Part shown: positions 24,401 through 34,253 of the stretch, piece after piece | Position numbering within the stretch: position 1 is the first letter of the stretch | How the letters are laid out: each line of letters starts with the position of its first letter | Origin: Alphaproteobacteria bacterium | GTDB lineage: Bacteria > Pseudomonadota > Alphaproteobacteria > Bin95 | Assembly (NCBI GenBank): GCA_963665325.3 | Contig: OZ224045.1 | Coordinates: 1,536,001-1,600,000, forward strand | DNA: 64,000 nucleotides | Direction of reading: 5' to 3' | Program-made: the position numbers and the translations under genes | Notes under the pieces: generated by a model | Told to the model about the DNA's origin: nothing | Databases searched by the model: none | Seen by the model: the letters and a program-made list of their open reading frames with translations, nothing else

Positions 24401-24786
24401 ATCGAGGCGAGCTCGATCGGCGTCGCCTGGAAGCGAAGTTCGGCTACGGGTTCGCCCTCTTCGACGGGCGGTACACGGGCACGCCGCGGCTCGGGTTCGG
24501 ATTGTCGGATGCCGAGAGAGAAATCACGCTCGGGTGGCGTATCGCCGAGGTCCGGCGTGGAGGCCTTGGGTTTGCGCTCGACGTAGAAGGGGCGCGGCAG
24601 GCGAGCCCGGCCGGGAACGGCAAACCCGGACACCGTCTTGCGCTCGGCCTAGGCTGGAGCCTGGAAGGCGCGCAGACCCGTGATATTGCCTTCGAGCTTT
24701 GGCTCGAGGGTTCGCGCCATGTCGCCGCCGCAGCCGACGGAGAGCCCGAGAACCGCGTGGGGCTGCGGATGACGGCGCGTTGGTAG
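21424..24786 (+). CDS. large surface protein: beta-sandwich passenger, Calx-beta domain, autotransporter-like beta-barrel
   Basis: Extended signal peptide; VSIEDASADE...FTVSLS...ATPGADY...DDSIDDDGETVKVRLSN (Calx-beta); AWLARFGRTVA linker; amphipathic strands ending in Trp. Confidence 0.8.
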   Translation: MQADNRRGGRHVAGVSKKTADCFVVSARRRGVLFHSWRCLIPMIAGVWTCFAGSLAYAQTPITLVSNLAQTIDAPQFDGEILRAWENQDLGIVFRTGPSQSGTLLSAVALDVNRWPRGTTPTVSIYRAELVGDPGLPAPTTRIATLDNPWAAKGWRTFTVSSRVQLKPNRFYAIVVESTATTVERAFELRGTQSYEEDASSQAGWDIERITNVNLGMGWEGTDASASTQKVRFAAHGYDAGEVWREGAKLESFTVTPVSGSLVQFTPSFKSGRRGPYTVWVTHDTTQVTLAAMAESSSAWVELPDDVNPSLEGTQINLPAGTTTTREIRVIDGPSGIFRTFYRLNIKRPGSMLTGKPNELEPISSDGSLQYRFAVKLSAPVELSLAHWRSYVFHVANGAIAEVKRVGGSAAGPGGDPISRTWHVTVNPADPASDTDVTFRTKPGCTSTGAVCTVGGLKLDSFDPVNFSPSDVRSVSIEDASADEQDGEIVFTVSLSKRAQRYVYVDFETIDSGSDKGTATPGADYRPQFTRLVIPPGIASVEAGVALIDDSIDDDGETVKVRLSNARQVNDVGGFLKPIRIGAAEATGTIRNSDAIPQAWLARFGRTVADQVLDAVESRMQAPRTPGVELSVAGQRVGGGRAPALNEARDAEAGLETVLNRLRPGIDEENASGFASRAVTSHDLLAGSSFAFTGGTPESGVGTLWGRGAVSRFHGREGAVSLDGDVASALVGLDWTRGRTTAGLVVSHSRGDGGFGSPADAGTVESTLTGFYPWGRYALNDRLSVWGVAGYGAGELVLTPKEKPPIETDMDLRMAAAGLRGVLMEAPANDGFELAVTSNGLMVSTSSDEVRGSAGSLAASEADVTRLRVGLEGLWRGLDAGGGSFVPSFEIGMRQDGGDAETGLGVDAGVGLAWADPTSGVKAELRARALLTHEEDGFRERGLAGTLAWDPDPESDRGPALSLSQAAGASASGGMESLFGPGTAGALGASDDDRGELDRRRLEAKFGYGFALFDGRYTGTPRLGFGLSDAEREITLGWRIAEVRRGGLGFALDVEGARQASPAGNGKPGHRLALGLGWSLEGAQTRDIAFELWLEGSRHVAAAADGEPENRVGLRMTARW

Positions 24787-24795
24787 ATGGCCGCT

Positions 24796-24823
24796 TGTCA
24801 ACGGCGGCACAAGAATGTACCGG
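24796..24823. mobile_element. isolated IS21-like terminal sequence
   Basis: TGTCAACGGCGGCACAAGAATGTACCGG resembles IS21-family ends (recalled pattern); no istA/istB nearby. Confidence 0.4.
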
Positions 24824-24827
24824 TGCG

Positions 24828-24928
24828 TGGAGTGGGCCCCTGGGGTCGGACAGTCTCATGCGGCCGATTTGACCGGTGTGCGGGACTGTTCCTCCTCGAA
24901 ACGGTCGGGGCTCAGATATCCGAGCGCC
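24828..24928 (-). mobile_element. IS3-family remnant (transposase C-terminus plus right end)
   Basis: Minus strand reads ALGYLSPDRFEEEQSRTPVKSAA* then TGTCCGACCCCAGGGGCCCACTCCA ending in CA. Confidence 0.7.
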
Positions 24929-25203
24929 GTAAGCGGTTCGAACGCGGCACGTGGATTTCAGCTTGACGAGCTGACGAAGTTCCACGGGAGCAAGTCGTCG
25001 ATACGGTCGTTGGGATGGCCGGCCGCGATGGCTTCGAGGGTGGCCTTGAGCCAGGCGTAGGGCTCGATCCCGTTCAACCTGGCGGTCTGGGTGAGTGAAG
25101 CGATCCGGCCCCAAGCGGCCGTGCCTTCGTCGTGACCCGCGAAGAGTGCATTTTTCCTTGTAAGGGCAGTCGGACGGGCGAGATTCTCGACGGCATTGCT
25201 GTC
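24929..25203 (-). mobile_element. IS66-family remnant (TnpC C-terminus plus right end)
   Basis: DSNAVENLARPTALTRKNALFAGHDEG...LNGIEPYAWL...IDDLLPW* (24958-25203); terminal GTAAGCG at 24929. Confidence 0.85.
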
Positions 25204-25229
25204 TGTCCAGATAAATCGGGAACGCAGAG

Positions 25230-26492
25230 CTATTCCGCTGCGTCGGGCATCTTTCGCCTGCCATCATCTCCGGCGACCCGGACCGAGGCTTTCACCACCG
25301 GCACATCGGCTTCCGCAAGCGGCTGCATGTAGGTCTTGCGCGCGAGCGCCGCCTCGATGAACGGTGCAAGCTCGGCGGCCTTGGCTGCTTCGCGCGCTTC
25401 GGCATCGCGAGCGAATTCCGGCATCACCGTGCCCGCAAACAGCTCCAGCGATTCGCAGATATTCGCATGGCTGTTGTGGCCGGCCTGTTGCAGGAAGATC
25501 ACCTGGTCCACGCCGGCCTCCTGCATGCCGGCGAGGTGGCGGGCCATGTCTTCCGGCGTGCCGATCCCGGCGCCATCGTATTCCGCGCGCGCCAGCGCCG
25601 CCTGGATCAGTGCGTCGGTCGCGGCCCCGCGCTTGGCCGTAAACTCGCCCCAGATGTCGGAATAGCCGGGCGTGAAGTCCTCGGCCACGAGCTTCTGCTG
25701 TGCATAGCGGAAGAACTCGAAATGGTCCTGTCCGCGCCGGATCGCCTCGGCCCGGTCCTCATGCATCGAGAAGGCGGAGACCATGGCGAGGTTGGCGTTG
25801 ACCGACCAGCCGAGCGGCACGCATTCCTCGCTCCTGATCGTGTCGTAATAGATGCCGGACCAGGTGTGCGCCTCCTCGGGGTCAAGGAAGGAGAAGGCGA
25901 GCGCGCCGATGCCGTTCTGCGCTGCGACGCGAATGGTGTCGCGGTTGGTGCAAGCCATCCAGAGCGGCGGATGCGGCTGTTGCAGCGGCTTCGGCAGCAC
26001 ATTGCGGCAGGGCATGGAAAAGCCCTCGCCCTCGAAACCCGGATAGGGCGTGAGCACCATCATGTTGCAGACCTGCTCTGCGGCCTCCAGCGCGAGCGCG
26101 CGCTTGCGCCGGGCAGAGATGCCGAAGGCGCCGAGCTCCAGCCGCGTGGCACCCTCGCCGATACCGAATTCGACCCGCCCGTCGGAGATAAGGTCGAGCG
26201 TGGCAAGACCCTCAGCGGTGCGCGCCGGGTGGTTGTAGGCGGGGATGACCTGGCGGATGCCGTGGCCGAGCCGGATGCGCTTCGTCCGGGCCGCGGCCGC
26301 GGCGAGAAAGACTTCCGGCGCGGAGGCGTGGCTGTATTCGTCGAGGAAATGGTGCTCGACCTCCCATGCATAATCGAAGCCCAGCCGGTCGGCGAGCTCG
26401 ACCTGGTCCAGCGCCTCCTTCATCAGGCGGTGCTCGGCGCCTTCGGCCCAGGGCCGCGGCAGCTGCAGTTCGTAGAAAACACCGAAGCGCAT
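25230..26492 (-). CDS. luciferase-like (LLM class) flavin-dependent oxidoreductase
   Basis: MRFGVFYELQ, WEVEHHF, ATLDLISDGRVEFGIG, PKPLQQPHPPLW; start re-set. Confidence 0.9.
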   Translation of the reverse strand: MRFGVFYELQLPRPWAEGAEHRLMKEALDQVELADRLGFDYAWEVEHHFLDEYSHASAPEVFLAAAAARTKRIRLGHGIRQVIPAYNHPARTAEGLATLDLISDGRVEFGIGEGATRLELGAFGISARRKRALALEAAEQVCNMMVLTPYPGFEGEGFSMPCRNVLPKPLQQPHPPLWMACTNRDTIRVAAQNGIGALAFSFLDPEEAHTWSGIYYDTIRSEECVPLGWSVNANLAMVSAFSMHEDRAEAIRRGQDHFEFFRYAQQKLVAEDFTPGYSDIWGEFTAKRGAATDALIQAALARAEYDGAGIGTPEDMARHLAGMQEAGVDQVIFLQQAGHNSHANICESLELFAGTVMPEFARDAEAREAAKAAELAPFIEAALARKTYMQPLAEADVPVVKASVRVAGDDGRRKMPDAAE

Positions 26493-26601
26493 GGGACGGC
26501 ATGCCTCCATTGAGACCGGATACGGAAATCGGGCGCCAGCCTCGCCGCAATGAACGCCCGTGTAAACTGTGCCATAGTCGCGAGGGCAAGCCGCAGAGGG
26601 A

Positions 26602-27795
26602 ATGACGGGGGCGAAGCGGATGAAGATACGGGGATTCGAAAACCTGCATGTGGACGCCGGCTGGCGGAACATCTCCTTTCTGAAGGTCGTGACGGACGAG
26701 GGGCTGGTCGGTTGGTCGGAATATAATGAGAGCTATGGCAGCCGGGGCCTGAGCACCGTCATCGCCGCGCTCGCGGAGACGCTGGTCGGCGTCGATCCTC
26801 GACCGGTCGAGCGGATAAGCGCCATGCTCTACGCGCAGACCCGCCAGGCCCCGGGCGGCATGAACGCGCAGGCTATAGCCGCAATCGAGAACGCGCTGCT
26901 CGATATCAAGGCCAAGGCGCTTGGCGTGCCGGTCTATGAGCTGTTCGGTGGGCCGGTGCGGGACCGCTTCCGCCTCTACTGGTCCCATTGCGGCACCTAT
27001 CTGGTGAACCATGCGGACGTCATCGGCGAGCAGCCGCTGCGCAGCCTCGACGATGTGGAGGCGCTCGGCGCGCGCGTGCGCGAGCGCGGCTTCACGGCGC
27101 TCAAATGCAACATGTACCGCTTCGATGGTGGCGAGCCCTACGTCTATATGCCGGGCTTCTCCCGCTCCTCCGGCGACCGGCCGGAACTCAACCTCTCCCG
27201 CGAAACGGTGCGTGCGCTCCGCAACCAGATCTCGGCCTTCCAGGAGGGCAGCGGCGGCCGGGTGGATGTCCTGGTGGACCTCAACTTCAACTTCCGCACC
27301 GATGGCTATATGGCGCTCGCCCGCGCGCTCGACGATCTCGGCCTCTACTGGATCGAGATAGACAATTACGACCCCGAAGGGCTGGCCATGATCCGCCGGT
27401 CGGTCGAAACGCCCATCGCGTCCTGCGAGTCGCTATACGGGCGGCGCCAGTTCCGGCCCTTCCTCGAGCGTTATTCCATGGATGCCGCCATCATCGACGT
27501 GCCTTGGAACGGATTCAGCGAAAGCCTCAAGATCGCTGCCATGTGCGACGCCTGGGAGGTCAACATTGCGCCGCACAACTTCTACGGCCATCTCTCGACT
27601 CTGATGAGCGCGCATCTCTGCGCAACCGTGCCGAACTTCCGCATCATGGAGATCGACATCGACGATGTGCCGTGGAAGGACGATCTCGTGACCGTGCCGC
27701 CGCAGATCGAGAACGGCGAACTCATCCTGCCGACGGGTCCCGGTTGGGGCGCGGACGTCAACGAAGAGGCCGTTCGCGCCCACTCGCCGAAGTAG
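26602..27795 (+). CDS. mandelate racemase/muconate lactonizing enzyme family protein
   Basis: ENALLDIKAKALGVPVYELFGG, metal ligands D/E/E, APHN, PTGPGWG; start may be 26620. Confidence 0.9.
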   Translation: MTGAKRMKIRGFENLHVDAGWRNISFLKVVTDEGLVGWSEYNESYGSRGLSTVIAALAETLVGVDPRPVERISAMLYAQTRQAPGGMNAQAIAAIENALLDIKAKALGVPVYELFGGPVRDRFRLYWSHCGTYLVNHADVIGEQPLRSLDDVEALGARVRERGFTALKCNMYRFDGGEPYVYMPGFSRSSGDRPELNLSRETVRALRNQISAFQEGSGGRVDVLVDLNFNFRTDGYMALARALDDLGLYWIEIDNYDPEGLAMIRRSVETPIASCESLYGRRQFRPFLERYSMDAAIIDVPWNGFSESLKIAAMCDAWEVNIAPHNFYGHLSTLMSAHLCATVPNFRIMEIDIDDVPWKDDLVTVPPQIENGELILPTGPGWGADVNEEAVRAHSPK

Positions 27796-27803
27796 TTTGG
27801 GCG

Positions 27804-29405
27804 TCAAGCTCGGTCGCGGAGGAAGTCGGCGCAGCGCTCGCCGATCATGATTGAGGGCGCATTGGTGTTGCCCGACGGCATGGTCGGGAAGATCGAGGCG
27901 TCCGCGATCCGCAGGCCCCCCAGCCCGTGGACCCTGAGCCGGTCATCGACAACGGCCTCCGGCCCCGGCCCCATACGGCAGGTGCCGATGGGGTGATAGG
28001 CTGTCTGCGAGTTGTTGCGGATCCAGTCCAGGATCTCATCGTCGCTCGCCACGTCCTCTCCCGGCGAGTATTCCGCGCCCCGAAGCGGCGCCATGGCCTC
28101 GGCCGCCATGAGTTCGCGCATCATGCGAAAGCCGCCGGTCATGGCGCGCTGGTCGATCTCGTCCTGCAGGAAGTTGAACCGGATCGCTGGCTGCGCCTCC
28201 GGCTCGGCCGAGCGGATGTGGATCGATCCCAGGCTCTCGGGCCGTAGCTGGTAGCAGGAGATGGTCATGCTCGGGAAGGGCTGCAGCAGCCGGCGCTTGG
28301 GGTCCTTCACCGCATAGGGGACGAGGTGCATTTGCACGTCCGGCGTGTCCATCTCCGGCCGGGTGCGCAGGAAGGCGAGCAGCGGCGCGGAAGGCAGGCT
28401 CATGAAGCCGCCGCGCGTGAAGGCGTATCTGAGTACCTGGCCGGTCTTGCCGAACAGGGTGCCCATGCGCTCATTGTAGGAGGCGCCCCTGGCCGTCACC
28501 CGCCACTGGATGCGGGCATTGATATGGTCCCGGAAGTTCTCGCCGACACCGGCCAGTTCGTGCTGCACCTCGATGCCGTGGGCACCCAGCACGTCCGGGC
28601 GGCCGATGCCCGAAAGCTCCAGGATTTGCGGGGAGCAGACCGCGCCGGCGGTCAGCACGGTCTCGCGCCCGGCGCGCGCCTCGACCGTGCGCCCCCCCTT
28701 CTCGTAGGCGACGCCGACGCAGCGCTTGCCCTCCAGCAGCACGCGGCGCGTATGGGCCTCCGTCTCGATTCGGAGGTTCGGACGGTTCCGGGCGGGCTGC
28801 AGGTAGCAATGGGCGGTGGACATGCGCCGCCCGTTCTTGATCGTCACCTGCGTCTTGACCACGCCTTCTTGGTCGGGGCTGTTGTAGTCGGGGTTCAGCT
28901 TGTGCCCGACCTCGGCGGCGGCGGCGAAGAGCGCGTCGTAAAGCGGGTTCCGGTCCGGCACCTCGGTGACTTGCAGCGGGCCGTCCTCGCCTCTGATGCC
29001 GTCGCCGGCCTTCTCGTAGCTCTCCATGCGTTTGAAGACGGGCGCCACGTCCTCCCAGGTCCAGCCGCGATTGCCCATCTGCGCCCAGCTGTTGTAGTCG
29101 AGCGGCTGGCCGCGCACATAGACGAGGCCGTTGATGCTGCTCGACCCGCCGAGCAGCTTGCCGCGCGGCACCGGGATCTCGCGGTTGGCGGTGTTCGACT
29201 CCGGCTCGGACATGAAGCACCAATTGGCAGCCGGGTTGTCGATCAGGAGGCCGAAGCTGATCGGGAAGCGCGAATAAGGATGGCTTGCCTTGCCGGCTTC
29301 CAGCAGCAGCACCTTGCAGTTCGGGTCCTCGGTCAATCGGCTGGCGAGCGCCGCCCCCGCAGACCCCGCCCCCACGACGATATAATCGAACTCTGCTTCC
29401 GCCAT
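27804..29405 (-). CDS. GMC family oxidoreductase (choline dehydrogenase-like)
   Basis: DYIVVGAGSAG, GGSSSING, YHPIGTCRMG, GNTNAP. Confidence 0.93.
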   Translation of the reverse strand: MAEAEFDYIVVGAGSAGAALASRLTEDPNCKVLLLEAGKASHPYSRFPISFGLLIDNPAANWCFMSEPESNTANREIPVPRGKLLGGSSSINGLVYVRGQPLDYNSWAQMGNRGWTWEDVAPVFKRMESYEKAGDGIRGEDGPLQVTEVPDRNPLYDALFAAAAEVGHKLNPDYNSPDQEGVVKTQVTIKNGRRMSTAHCYLQPARNRPNLRIETEAHTRRVLLEGKRCVGVAYEKGGRTVEARAGRETVLTAGAVCSPQILELSGIGRPDVLGAHGIEVQHELAGVGENFRDHINARIQWRVTARGASYNERMGTLFGKTGQVLRYAFTRGGFMSLPSAPLLAFLRTRPEMDTPDVQMHLVPYAVKDPKRRLLQPFPSMTISCYQLRPESLGSIHIRSAEPEAQPAIRFNFLQDEIDQRAMTGGFRMMRELMAAEAMAPLRGAEYSPGEDVASDDEILDWIRNNSQTAYHPIGTCRMGPGPEAVVDDRLRVHGLGGLRIADASIFPTMPSGNTNAPSIMIGERCADFLRDRA

Positions 29406-29487
29406 TGCCCCGCTTCCTTCTGTCCCTGCCGTATTCCGGAAGCGGGAGCGTAAGCGGTTTCGGGCGGCAGGGGAATTCGAGGCTGCT

Positions 29488-32400
29488 TCACCGGAAGTCC
29501 CGGGACTTGGGGATCGTGCGGAGGTTGCGCGGGTGGCTTGAGGGGAAGGCGACGGGTCCGGGAGACGGCTCGCCGGCCTTGTCGGGCGTCAGCAGATCGA
29601 GCCAGCCGGTCAGGTCCTCCAGACGGTCAGCGACGACATGGACGATATCGGCGGTGCGCTGGACGCGGCCCCGGACCATCGCGACCCGCGCGCCCAGCAC
29701 CGCCTTGCGGAAGCTCTCCAGCACGCTCGGCCAGACCACGATGTTCACGACGCCGGTTTCGTCCTCCAGCGTCATGAAGATGACGCCGCTGGCGCTGCCG
29801 GGGCGTTGGCGGACCAGCACGAGGCCGGCGGCGGCCGCGCGCTGCCCGTCCCGGGCGCGGGCGATTGCCTCGGCCGCAAGCGCCCCCCGCTTGGCCAGGC
29901 GCGTGCGCAGGAAGGCAAGCGGATGCGCCCGGAGCGAGAGCCTGAGCGTGCGGTAGTCCTCGACGACCTGCTCGCCCGGCGCCATGGCGGGCAGGGCGGC
30001 CGGCGGCTCCGCCCCCTCGGCGGGACGGTCTGCGGCCTCGAAGAGGGGCAGCGACGCCGATTTCTCCAGGGCGCCCGCCTGCCAGAGCGCCCGGCGCCGG
30101 TCGAGCCCCAGGGAGCCGAAGGTGTCGGCCGCGGCCAGCATCTCGATGGCAGCGGCGCCGAGCCCGGTCCCGCGCCGAAGCGCGGCGATATCCGCCCAGG
30201 GTTCGCCGCGGGCGTCGAGGATGCGCTTCGCGTCCTCCTTGCGCAGGCCGGTGACCTGGCGCAGGCCGAGCCTGAGTGCATGGCCCCCGTCCGCCCTGCG
30301 CTCCAGGTTGTTGTCCCAGCCGCTCGCATGGACATCGACCGGGCGGACCTCGACCCCGTGCTCGCAGGCGTCCTGCACGATCTGGGCGGGGGCGTAAAAG
30401 CCCATCGGCTGCGCGTTCAGGAGCGCGCAGGCGAACACGTCGGGATGGTGGCATTTGAGCCAGGACGAGACATAGGCGAGAAGGGCGAAACTCGCGGCAT
30501 GGGATTCCGGGAAGCCGTAATCCCCGAAGCCTTCGATCTGGCGGAAGCAGCGCGCCGCGAGTTCCGGGTCGTAGCCGCGCGCAACCATGCGGCCCACCAT
30601 CCGGTCCCGGAGCCGGCCGAGCGTGCCGCGCTTGCGGAAGGTGGCCATGGCGTGGCGCAGCGCGTCGGCTTCGTCCGGGGTGAACCGGGCTGCCTCCATG
30701 GCGACGCGCATCGCCTGCTCCTGGAAGAGCGGCACGCCGAGCGTCTTCTCCAGCACCTTGCGCAGTTCGTCCGGAGGCCCGTGCTCCGGCGCCGGTGCGG
30801 GATAGATCACCTCCTCCAGCCCGTCGCGCCGGCGAAGGTAAGGATGCACCATGTCGCCCTGGATCGGACCCGGCCGCACGATGGCTACCTCGATCACCAG
30901 GTCGTAGAAAGTGCGCGGCTTGAGTCGCGGCAGCATGTTCATCTGCGCCCGGCTCTCGATCTGGAAGACACCCACCGTGTCGGCCCGGCACAGCATGTCA
31001 TAGACTTCCCTGTCTTCCGCCGGCACGGTGGCGAGCGTGAGGTCCAGGCTCTTGTGCGCGGCCAGCAGCTCGAAGGCCTTGCGGATGCAGGTCAGCATGC
31101 CGAGCCCCAGCACATCGACCTTCATCAGGCCGAGCGCTTCGAGGTCGTCTTTGTCCCACTCGATGAAGGTGCGGTCCTTCATCGCTCCGTTGCCGATGGG
31201 CACGGTCTCGTCGAGCGGGCCCCGGGTCAGCACGAAGCCGCCGACATGCTGGGAGAGGTGGCGGGGGAAGCCCTGGAGTTCGGTGGCGAGCATGACGGTC
31301 CGGCGCAGCAGCGGATCGGCAGGATCGAGCCCGGCCTCACGCAGGCGTTTTTCGGGCACTCCCTCGCGGTGCATGTCGCGGACGGCGGCGGCGAGCGCGG
31401 CGGCGGTGTCCTCCGAGAGCCCCATCGCCTTGCCCACATCGCGCACCGCGCTCCGGGCGCGGTAGGAGATGACGGTGGCCGCGATCCCGGCGCGCTCGCG
31501 CCCGTAGCGCCCGTAAATGTACTGGATCACCTCCTCGCGCCGTTCATGCTCGAAATCGACATCGATATCGGGCGGCTCGCGGCGCTCGCGGGAGACGAAG
31601 CGCTCGAACAGCAGGTCGATCCGGGCCGGATCGACAGCGGTGATGCCGAGGCAGTAGCAGACCGCCGAGTTTGCCGCGGAACCCCGCCCCTGGCAGAGGA
31701 TGCCCTCGCTGTTGGCGTAGCGCACGATGTCGTGGACGGTAAGGAAATAAGGCGCGTAGTCGAGTTCGCCGATCAGCCCGAGCTCGTGGCGGAGCGCGGC
31801 GGCGACCTTCTCCGGGATGCCTCCCGGATAGCGCCAGGCCGCGCCCTTCCAGGCGAGCGCCTCCAGATGCTGCTGCGGTGTGCTGCCGGCCGGCACAGGC
31901 TCGTCGGGATACTCGTAGGCAAGCTCATTCAGATTGAAGCTGCAAAGGGACGCCGCTTCGAGGGTGCGCGTAACGGCGTCCTCATGGCCGCGGAAGAGCC
32001 GGGCGATCTCGGCTCCGTCCTTGAGGTGGTGCTCGGCATTGGCTGCCAGAAGCAGGCCCGCTTCGGCCACGGTGACATGCTCGCGGATGGCGGTCAGCAC
32101 GTCTTGCAGCGGTCGGCGTTCGGGACGGTGGTAATGGACGTCGTTAGTGGCGAGGAGCGGCGCGCCGGCGCGCCGGGCGAGCGCCGCCAGGCGGCCCAGG
32201 CGGGCGCGGTCGCCGCCCCGGTAGAGCATGTGCGCGGCGAGGTAGAGGGGGCCGTCATGCACCCGGCGAAGCCCGGCAAGCTCCGCCTCGAATTCCTCGC
32301 GCCATGGGTCCGGCGGCAGCGCGATCAGCAGCTGTCCCTCGGCATGGGCGAGCACGTCCTCCCGGTGCAGCACGCATTCGCCCTTGGCCGCGCGCCGCTG

Positions 32401-32706
32401 GCCGAGGGTGAGCAGCCGGCAGAGGCGGCCGTAGGCGGCCCGGTCGCGGGGGTAGCAGAGCAGCGAGGCGCCATCTGCGAGGTCGAGCCGGGCCCCGGTC
32501 AGGAGGCGGATGTCGGCCCGCTTCGCCGCCATATGGGCGCGCACCGCGCCGGCGAGCGTGTTGCGGTCGGCGATGCCGATGGCCGCGAGCCCGAGCCGAG
32601 CGGCCTCTTCTACCAGCTCCTCCGCATGGGAGGCGCCTCTGAGGAAGCTGAAATTGCTGACCGCCTGCAATTCCGCATAAGGAATTTTGTCCGACATGCG
32701 GCTCAT
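29488..32706 (-). CDS. dnaE2: error-prone DNA polymerase DnaE2
   Basis: [13 protein letters not shown] domain, [27 protein letters not shown]-terminal SRDFR; start overlaps the imuB stop. Confidence 0.96.
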   Translation of the reverse strand: MSRMSDKIPYAELQAVSNFSFLRGASHAEELVEEAARLGLAAIGIADRNTLAGAVRAHMAAKRADIRLLTGARLDLADGASLLCYPRDRAAYGRLCRLLTLGQRRAAKGECVLHREDVLAHAEGQLLIALPPDPWREEFEAELAGLRRVHDGPLYLAAHMLYRGGDRARLGRLAALARRAGAPLLATNDVHYHRPERRPLQDVLTAIREHVTVAEAGLLLAANAEHHLKDGAEIARLFRGHEDAVTRTLEAASLCSFNLNELAYEYPDEPVPAGSTPQQHLEALAWKGAAWRYPGGIPEKVAAALRHELGLIGELDYAPYFLTVHDIVRYANSEGILCQGRGSAANSAVCYCLGITAVDPARIDLLFERFVSRERREPPDIDVDFEHERREEVIQYIYGRYGRERAGIAATVISYRARSAVRDVGKAMGLSEDTAAALAAAVRDMHREGVPEKRLREAGLDPADPLLRRTVMLATELQGFPRHLSQHVGGFVLTRGPLDETVPIGNGAMKDRTFIEWDKDDLEALGLMKVDVLGLGMLTCIRKAFELLAAHKSLDLTLATVPAEDREVYDMLCRADTVGVFQIESRAQMNMLPRLKPRTFYDLVIEVAIVRPGPIQGDMVHPYLRRRDGLEEVIYPAPAPEHGPPDELRKVLEKTLGVPLFQEQAMRVAMEAARFTPDEADALRHAMATFRKRGTLGRLRDRMVGRMVARGYDPELAARCFRQIEGFGDYGFPESHAASFALLAYVSSWLKCHHPDVFACALLNAQPMGFYAPAQIVQDACEHGVEVRPVDVHASGWDNNLERRADGGHALRLGLRQVTGLRKEDAKRILDARGEPWADIAALRRGTGLGAAAIEMLAAADTFGSLGLDRRRALWQAGALEKSASLPLFEAADRPAEGAEPPAALPAMAPGEQVVEDYRTLRLSLRAHPLAFLRTRLAKRGALAAEAIARARDGQRAAAAGLVLVRQRPGSASGVIFMTLEDETGVVNIVVWPSVLESFRKAVLGARVAMVRGRVQRTADIVHVVADRLEDLTGWLDLLTPDKAGEPSPGPVAFPSSHPRNLRTIPKSRDFR

Positions 32707-34253
32707 CCGTAAAGCCCGTGGATATACCAGCGGGGCGGCTTCTTGCCATCGGTGTCCCGGTAGAGCCCGGCGCGAAAGAGCCAGTAGCGCCGGCCTTCCG
32801 TGTCCTCGACGCGGTAATAGTCGCGCGGCCTGTCTTCGGGGCCGCCGGCCCACCATTCCGGTTCGATGCGCTCGGGGCCTTCGGCGCGGGCGATGCGGCG
32901 GCGCAGCCGGCGCCAGGCAAACAGCGCCGGCGGCCCGTCCGGCAGCTCGGCGATGACGTCCACCGGCTCGGGCCGGTCGAACAGGCGGAAGGGCCGTTGC
33001 GGCAGGCCCGGCCGCACAGGCCATGCCGCGCCCTCCCGGCCGGGCGCCGCCCGCCGCTCGGCGCGCTCCGGCAGATGGCTCTCGACCGCTTCGAGGCGGG
33101 AGACCGACCCTTCGCCCAGGCGGGCTTGCAAGCGGTCGATCAGGGGGCCGAGTTCGTTGCTACCGCGCCCGCCCTCCGCCAGCCGAAATTGCTCATGCGC
33201 GAGCGGCTCGGCGCGGACGGCGTGGAGCGCCATTGCGTCGATCCCGAAGCCGGGGCCCACGGTCTCGATCTTCCCCTCGAAAAGGCGCAGCAGATGCGCA
33301 CCGTCGCGGGTGGCGCGCGCCGTCGAGACGCGGCGCTGCGCCGTGCCGCCATCCACCCGGCAGAACAGGAGCGAGAGTTCCCGCGCGCCGAGCCCGTCGC
33401 GTTCCAGCGAGGCGCAGAGGCCTTCCATCAGCCGGGTGAGCGCCGCCTCCAGCCCGGCGAGGTCGATCAGCGGTTCCGGGAAGGCGAGGCGCGCGAGGCA
33501 GGCGGGCGGCGGCGGCAAAGACGCGACCGGATCGGGGCGGCGGCCGAGCGCCCGGTCGAGGCGTTCCAGAACGGCGCCGCTCTGCCGGCCGAACCGGCGT
33601 GCGAGCGACGGGCGGGGCAGGGCGTCCACCGCACCGATTGTCGTCAGCCCGAGACGGCGCAGCAGGCGGGCGTCCTCGGGCGCGATCCGAAGCGCCTCGG
33701 CCGGCAGCGCCTTAAGCGCCGCGAGGGTGCCGCCGGGCGCGGCGATGCACCGGCCTTCCCCGCCGAAGCGGGCGAGTGCCCAGGCGGCGCCCGGCATATC
33801 GGCAAGGCCGGTCCGGACCTCGAAGCCGAGCCCTGCAAGGCGCGCCTCGACCTCTGCCGCCATCGCCGCCTCGCCGCCGAAAAGATGGGCGGCTCCCGCA
33901 ATGTCGAGCAACAGGCCGTCCTCGCCATCGACCGCGCAGCAGGGCGTAAAGCGGTTGCACCAGAGCGCCAGGCGTTCGAGCCCGCGCCGGTCCTCTGCCG
34001 GCCGGGCTTCGGCGGCGGCGAGGCGGGGCAGCAGGGCGCGGGCGTCGGCGAGGCGCATGCCGGGCGCGAGCCCCTCGGCTTCCGCCTGCCGGTTGACCGC
34101 CGTCAGCACCGTCCCGTGGCGGCCGGGCGCGGTAAGCGCAAACGGCACCGGCTCAGCCGGCGGCTTGCGCGAGGGCAGGGCGGCGGGCCGCCGTGCGCGG
34201 CGCAGCCGGTCGATCGGCCAGCGCGGCAGCCACACCGAAATCACCCGTCTCAC
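32703..34253 (-). CDS. imuB: Y-family polymerase-like ImuB
   Basis: [38 protein letters not shown]. Confidence 0.93.
   Translation of the reverse strand: MRRVISVWLPRWPIDRLRRARRPAALPSRKPPAEPVPFALTAPGRHGTVLTAVNRQAEAEGLAPGMRLADARALLPRLAAAEARPAEDRRGLERLALWCNRFTPCCAVDGEDGLLLDIAGAAHLFGGEAAMAAEVEARLAGLGFEVRTGLADMPGAAWALARFGGEGRCIAAPGGTLAALKALPAEALRIAPEDARLLRRLGLTTIGAVDALPRPSLARRFGRQSGAVLERLDRALGRRPDPVASLPPPPACLARLAFPEPLIDLAGLEAALTRLMEGLCASLERDGLGARELSLLFCRVDGGTAQRRVSTARATRDGAHLLRLFEGKIETVGPGFGIDAMALHAVRAEPLAHEQFRLAEGGRGSNELGPLIDRLQARLGEGSVSRLEAVESHLPERAERRAAPGREGAAWPVRPGLPQRPFRLFDRPEPVDVIAELPDGPPALFAWRRLRRRIARAEGPERIEPEWWAGGPEDRPRDYYRVEDTEGRRYWLFRAGLYRDTDGKKPPRWYIHGLYG

Noticed and set aside
20000-25230. 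attR duplicate of the tRNA-Arg 3' end
   Set aside because: Not found by eye in the window
27804-29405. First GMC gene as the source of the 49071-49254 fragment
   Set aside because: The fragment is nearly identical to the adjacent paralogue (50438-50621) and much less similar to this one
29450-29470. GTAAGCGGTTTCGGGCGGCAG resembles the IS66 end at 24929
   Set aside because: Same orientation, short GC-rich match and no transposase sequence; probably chance
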